Source: Balanoglossus misakiensis
Lineage: Eukaryota; Animalia; Hemichordata
DNA length: 64,000 bases
Direction of reading: 5' to 3'
Assembly (NCBI GenBank): GCA_040954595.2
Contig: CM082584.2
Coordinates: 978,281 to 1,042,280, forward strand
In this document: in pieces, positions 61,263 through 64,000 of the stretch
Numbering within the stretch: position 1 is the first letter of the stretch
Layout: every line of letters starts with the position of its first letter
Translations under genes and position numbers: made by a program
Notes under the pieces: model-generated
Told to the model about the DNA's origin: nothing
The model's input: the letters and a program-made list of their open reading frames with translations, nothing else
The model's database searches: none

Positions 61263-62199
61263 TAATGTGACCATGGACGTTACCACATTAGACTCTGTAT
61301 TGTAAGTTTCTGAAGAATCGCAAAAAATCATCAACAGTCTACATGTACTTCAACCTTGTGAGAAGTACTGTATAACACACAGGATATACTAGTCACTGTT
61401 GGTCAGGTTATTACACACTGTGGTCCCATCTGGGGATTACACAAAATTAGGTATGTCTGTGTTCATGGGAAAAATCATGTGACATTGGCAAGCAGATATG
61501 ACCTACTGTAAGAACATTTCAAAGGAACCAGACAAGTATTTTAGGGAAAACAACATTCAACAATGACAAAAACTGCCTCAAACCACATCTATCCAACTAT
61601 CAACAAATTGTATAATATCTACTTCAATCACCACGCCTCCCAAAGTTGAAAGCAATCTGACTAGTAGTTTCAAAGAATACAAATTGCAAAAATTGCCCCA
61701 AGACCACAATATGTAAATTTCACCAAAATGATATACAACATTACTTGGGTTACCTCTTGGAACAAGCATACCAAAATTTAAAAGCAATCTAAGGAGTTTC
61801 TCAGAAAATGAATTTTGACCAAAAATGACAGATTACAAATTCTGCGACAATTTAAACAAAACCAACTAAGATCACCTACCGGAAGTGTCATACTAAATTC
61901 TAAAGAAATCAGCCAATCTCTTTAAGAGAAAAAGATTTTTTTTCAAATGGTAAAACAAGACAAAATAATTGCATAAAAAATAGACAATTCACGATATAAA
62001 CTCAAAGTATATCAGGTATGATGACATTACCTACATGCATACAAATGTTCATAGCAGTCTAACCAGTTGTTGAGTTTTGATCAATTCCACATATTTCACA
62101 GGTTATTTGCGTATTTTTGCAATGACAACTTCATTTAAGCAAAATCCCATCTACACACCAAAATAAAAAAAGCGTGGTTTCATGTTTTGGATCAGGGCA

Positions 62200-62316
62200 G
62201 ACATACATCCATATATACATGTAACATGCATACACACATGTACACACACACACAAACACATGCATACATGGCTGCATACATACATACATACATACATACA
62301 TACATACATACATACA
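62200..62316. repeat. (CATA)n/(CA)n microsatellite
   Basis: Directly visible. Confidence 0.9.
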
Positions 62317-62998
62317 GAGGGAAACGGTCTGGTAATCAATGTTGTGACACTAGCATTAGGCCTTAAACCCCGGTGCGGAAAGTACTGGGGTTCGGATTAA
62401 CGTGTGTTTGTACAGTTGTTTATTTGGGAGTGGTCGTCGTGCATAATAACTGTGTAATTGATCTCATGTACATAGAAAATAATTGAACACTTTACACCTC
62501 TGTGCGATTGACAGCTGTTTGAATGGCGTGGTTATTGTTTCCCAGGGATGCTTCTGAAAAGCACTGAAACCAGATTTCTCCCAAAATCATCGTTGTTTCA
62601 AAAGCTCGTGTACTTTTTCATCGATAACTTTATGTTGTGTGTGTTTATAAAGCCAACCACTGTCGTTGTGTGGTGTAATTCTTTATGCTTGGATCTGTTT
62701 GGGCCGATTTTCATAGAGCCAAGATCGTTGGTGTTGTCTGTTGTCAGTCAAACGGCATTAAGATTCGCCACTGATTTGGGGGGTCTTTTATACCACGCAT
62801 CGGGGTTTAATGTTTATCAATTTATATCATATGAAGTTTTATGTATTCATAATTATTCAGAGAAGCAAATTTTTAAAAATGTGAAATTGTTATCAATCGG
62901 ATGTGCACTGACAGCATGCTTATATGGAATACAGGTACTCTAACACAATCAGTCAAAACACTTTTGAATCATCAATAAATAACATATAGAATAATTTT

Positions 62999-63737
62999 AC
63001 AGGATTTAATTATTTATATTTGAACGCAAAGCGTAAATTCCCTTGTGCCATGGAATTCACAATCTGCAACTGGTGGGGTCCTTCTGCCAGTAAGAAGCAT
63101 CAGATAAATTCTGCATGCTCATCACCGAGGCAATTTAGGTGTACTTTTGTACTTTGAGAACTGTCGGTTTTCGCAACTGAAACTATGTTCACAGGACAGA
63201 GGAAAAACTAGAATGACAACAGCTATGTAAGCTAACAAAAGAAACACAGAGCATAGTTCTCCATACTCATATTTTAATGCAATAATTTTTGCTGAAATTG
63301 GGGCGTCCGTGGGCAGGCAAAGGCAGTTCTAACTCAACTTGCAAATCAGGCCCATGTCTCTTGTTCCCTGAGACTGTCTGGTTCTAATAATAGCTGTAAG
63401 AACATAATCGTTGACCAAAGGGTTGGTTCAATTTTGCAACATTTTATGATTTCAAGCTGTGCAATATTTGCAACTCAGTTTCAACTTTGGTTGGAGGGAT
63501 GATGATGAAGCCATTTCACTGACAAAATAGCGCTACTGACTGATGTCAATGTTTGTTTACAGTCAAATGCATTGCCATCAGAAAAATGGATACGAAACAA
63601 TTCTTATGTGAATAATACACACTTTCTTGCACAACTGCAAACTCTGTCACATTTGTGAAATTTTAAGGAAATTCATTCATTGGGTAGCTTTATGAATTCT
63701 TAAACAAACTTAGTCATGAAACCTAAATGGTTACCTT
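62999..63737. repeat. ~740-bp inverted repeat, right copy
   Basis: Reverse complement of 55965-56707. Confidence 0.9.
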
Positions 63738-64000
63738 ACACATCTGGCGGCTCGACTTCTGTGATATGATAGTCTTCAATTAATGTGTATGTGATTCCAT
63801 ACAAATCCATATGATTACCTGAACGTACAAAATAAATAAAAAATAAAAAATAAATTAAAAATAAATAAGTATCTCATACATATGCATAAGTGCTTGTGAT
63901 AAATATATCCTGTATTTAAATAAACCTGTCATTTATTGACCTCGTTTTCCTATTAACCCAAAGGACTAGATTGCACTGTAATATTATTACAGCTTCATTT

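Overview
AT-rich, intron-rich animal genomic DNA. The repeat content suggests a marine invertebrate deuterostome (inference). (1) Positions 1-22344 and 24401-40069 are the two arms of a long, slightly diverged inverted duplication around a ~2 kb spacer. Each arm carries the 3' exons of a pentraxin/HYR/sushi/ephrin-receptor-like-repeat/EGF transmembrane gene (Uninflatable/SVEP1-like) that looks 5'-truncated and damaged. The arms act as empty-site controls for each other and expose two arm-specific insertions at base resolution. (2) The right arm holds a 2486-bp Crypton-type tyrosine-recombinase transposon (30584-33069) whose joined ends rebuild a loxP/FRT-like 14-8-14 site. (3) The left arm holds a 9130-bp stack (9346-18475) of six non-autonomous Helentron/Helitron2-like elements, each inserted into the previous one. 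Six bodies are followed by six matching terminal hairpins in last-in-first-out order. The rest of the window contains a tRNA-derived SINE at the inversion breakpoint, several MITEs, a LINE RT fragment, a 7.1-kb 86-bp satellite, a 160-bp tandem repeat and nested inverted repeats at 56-63.7 kb. All calls come from reading the sequence by eye; no database searches were run.
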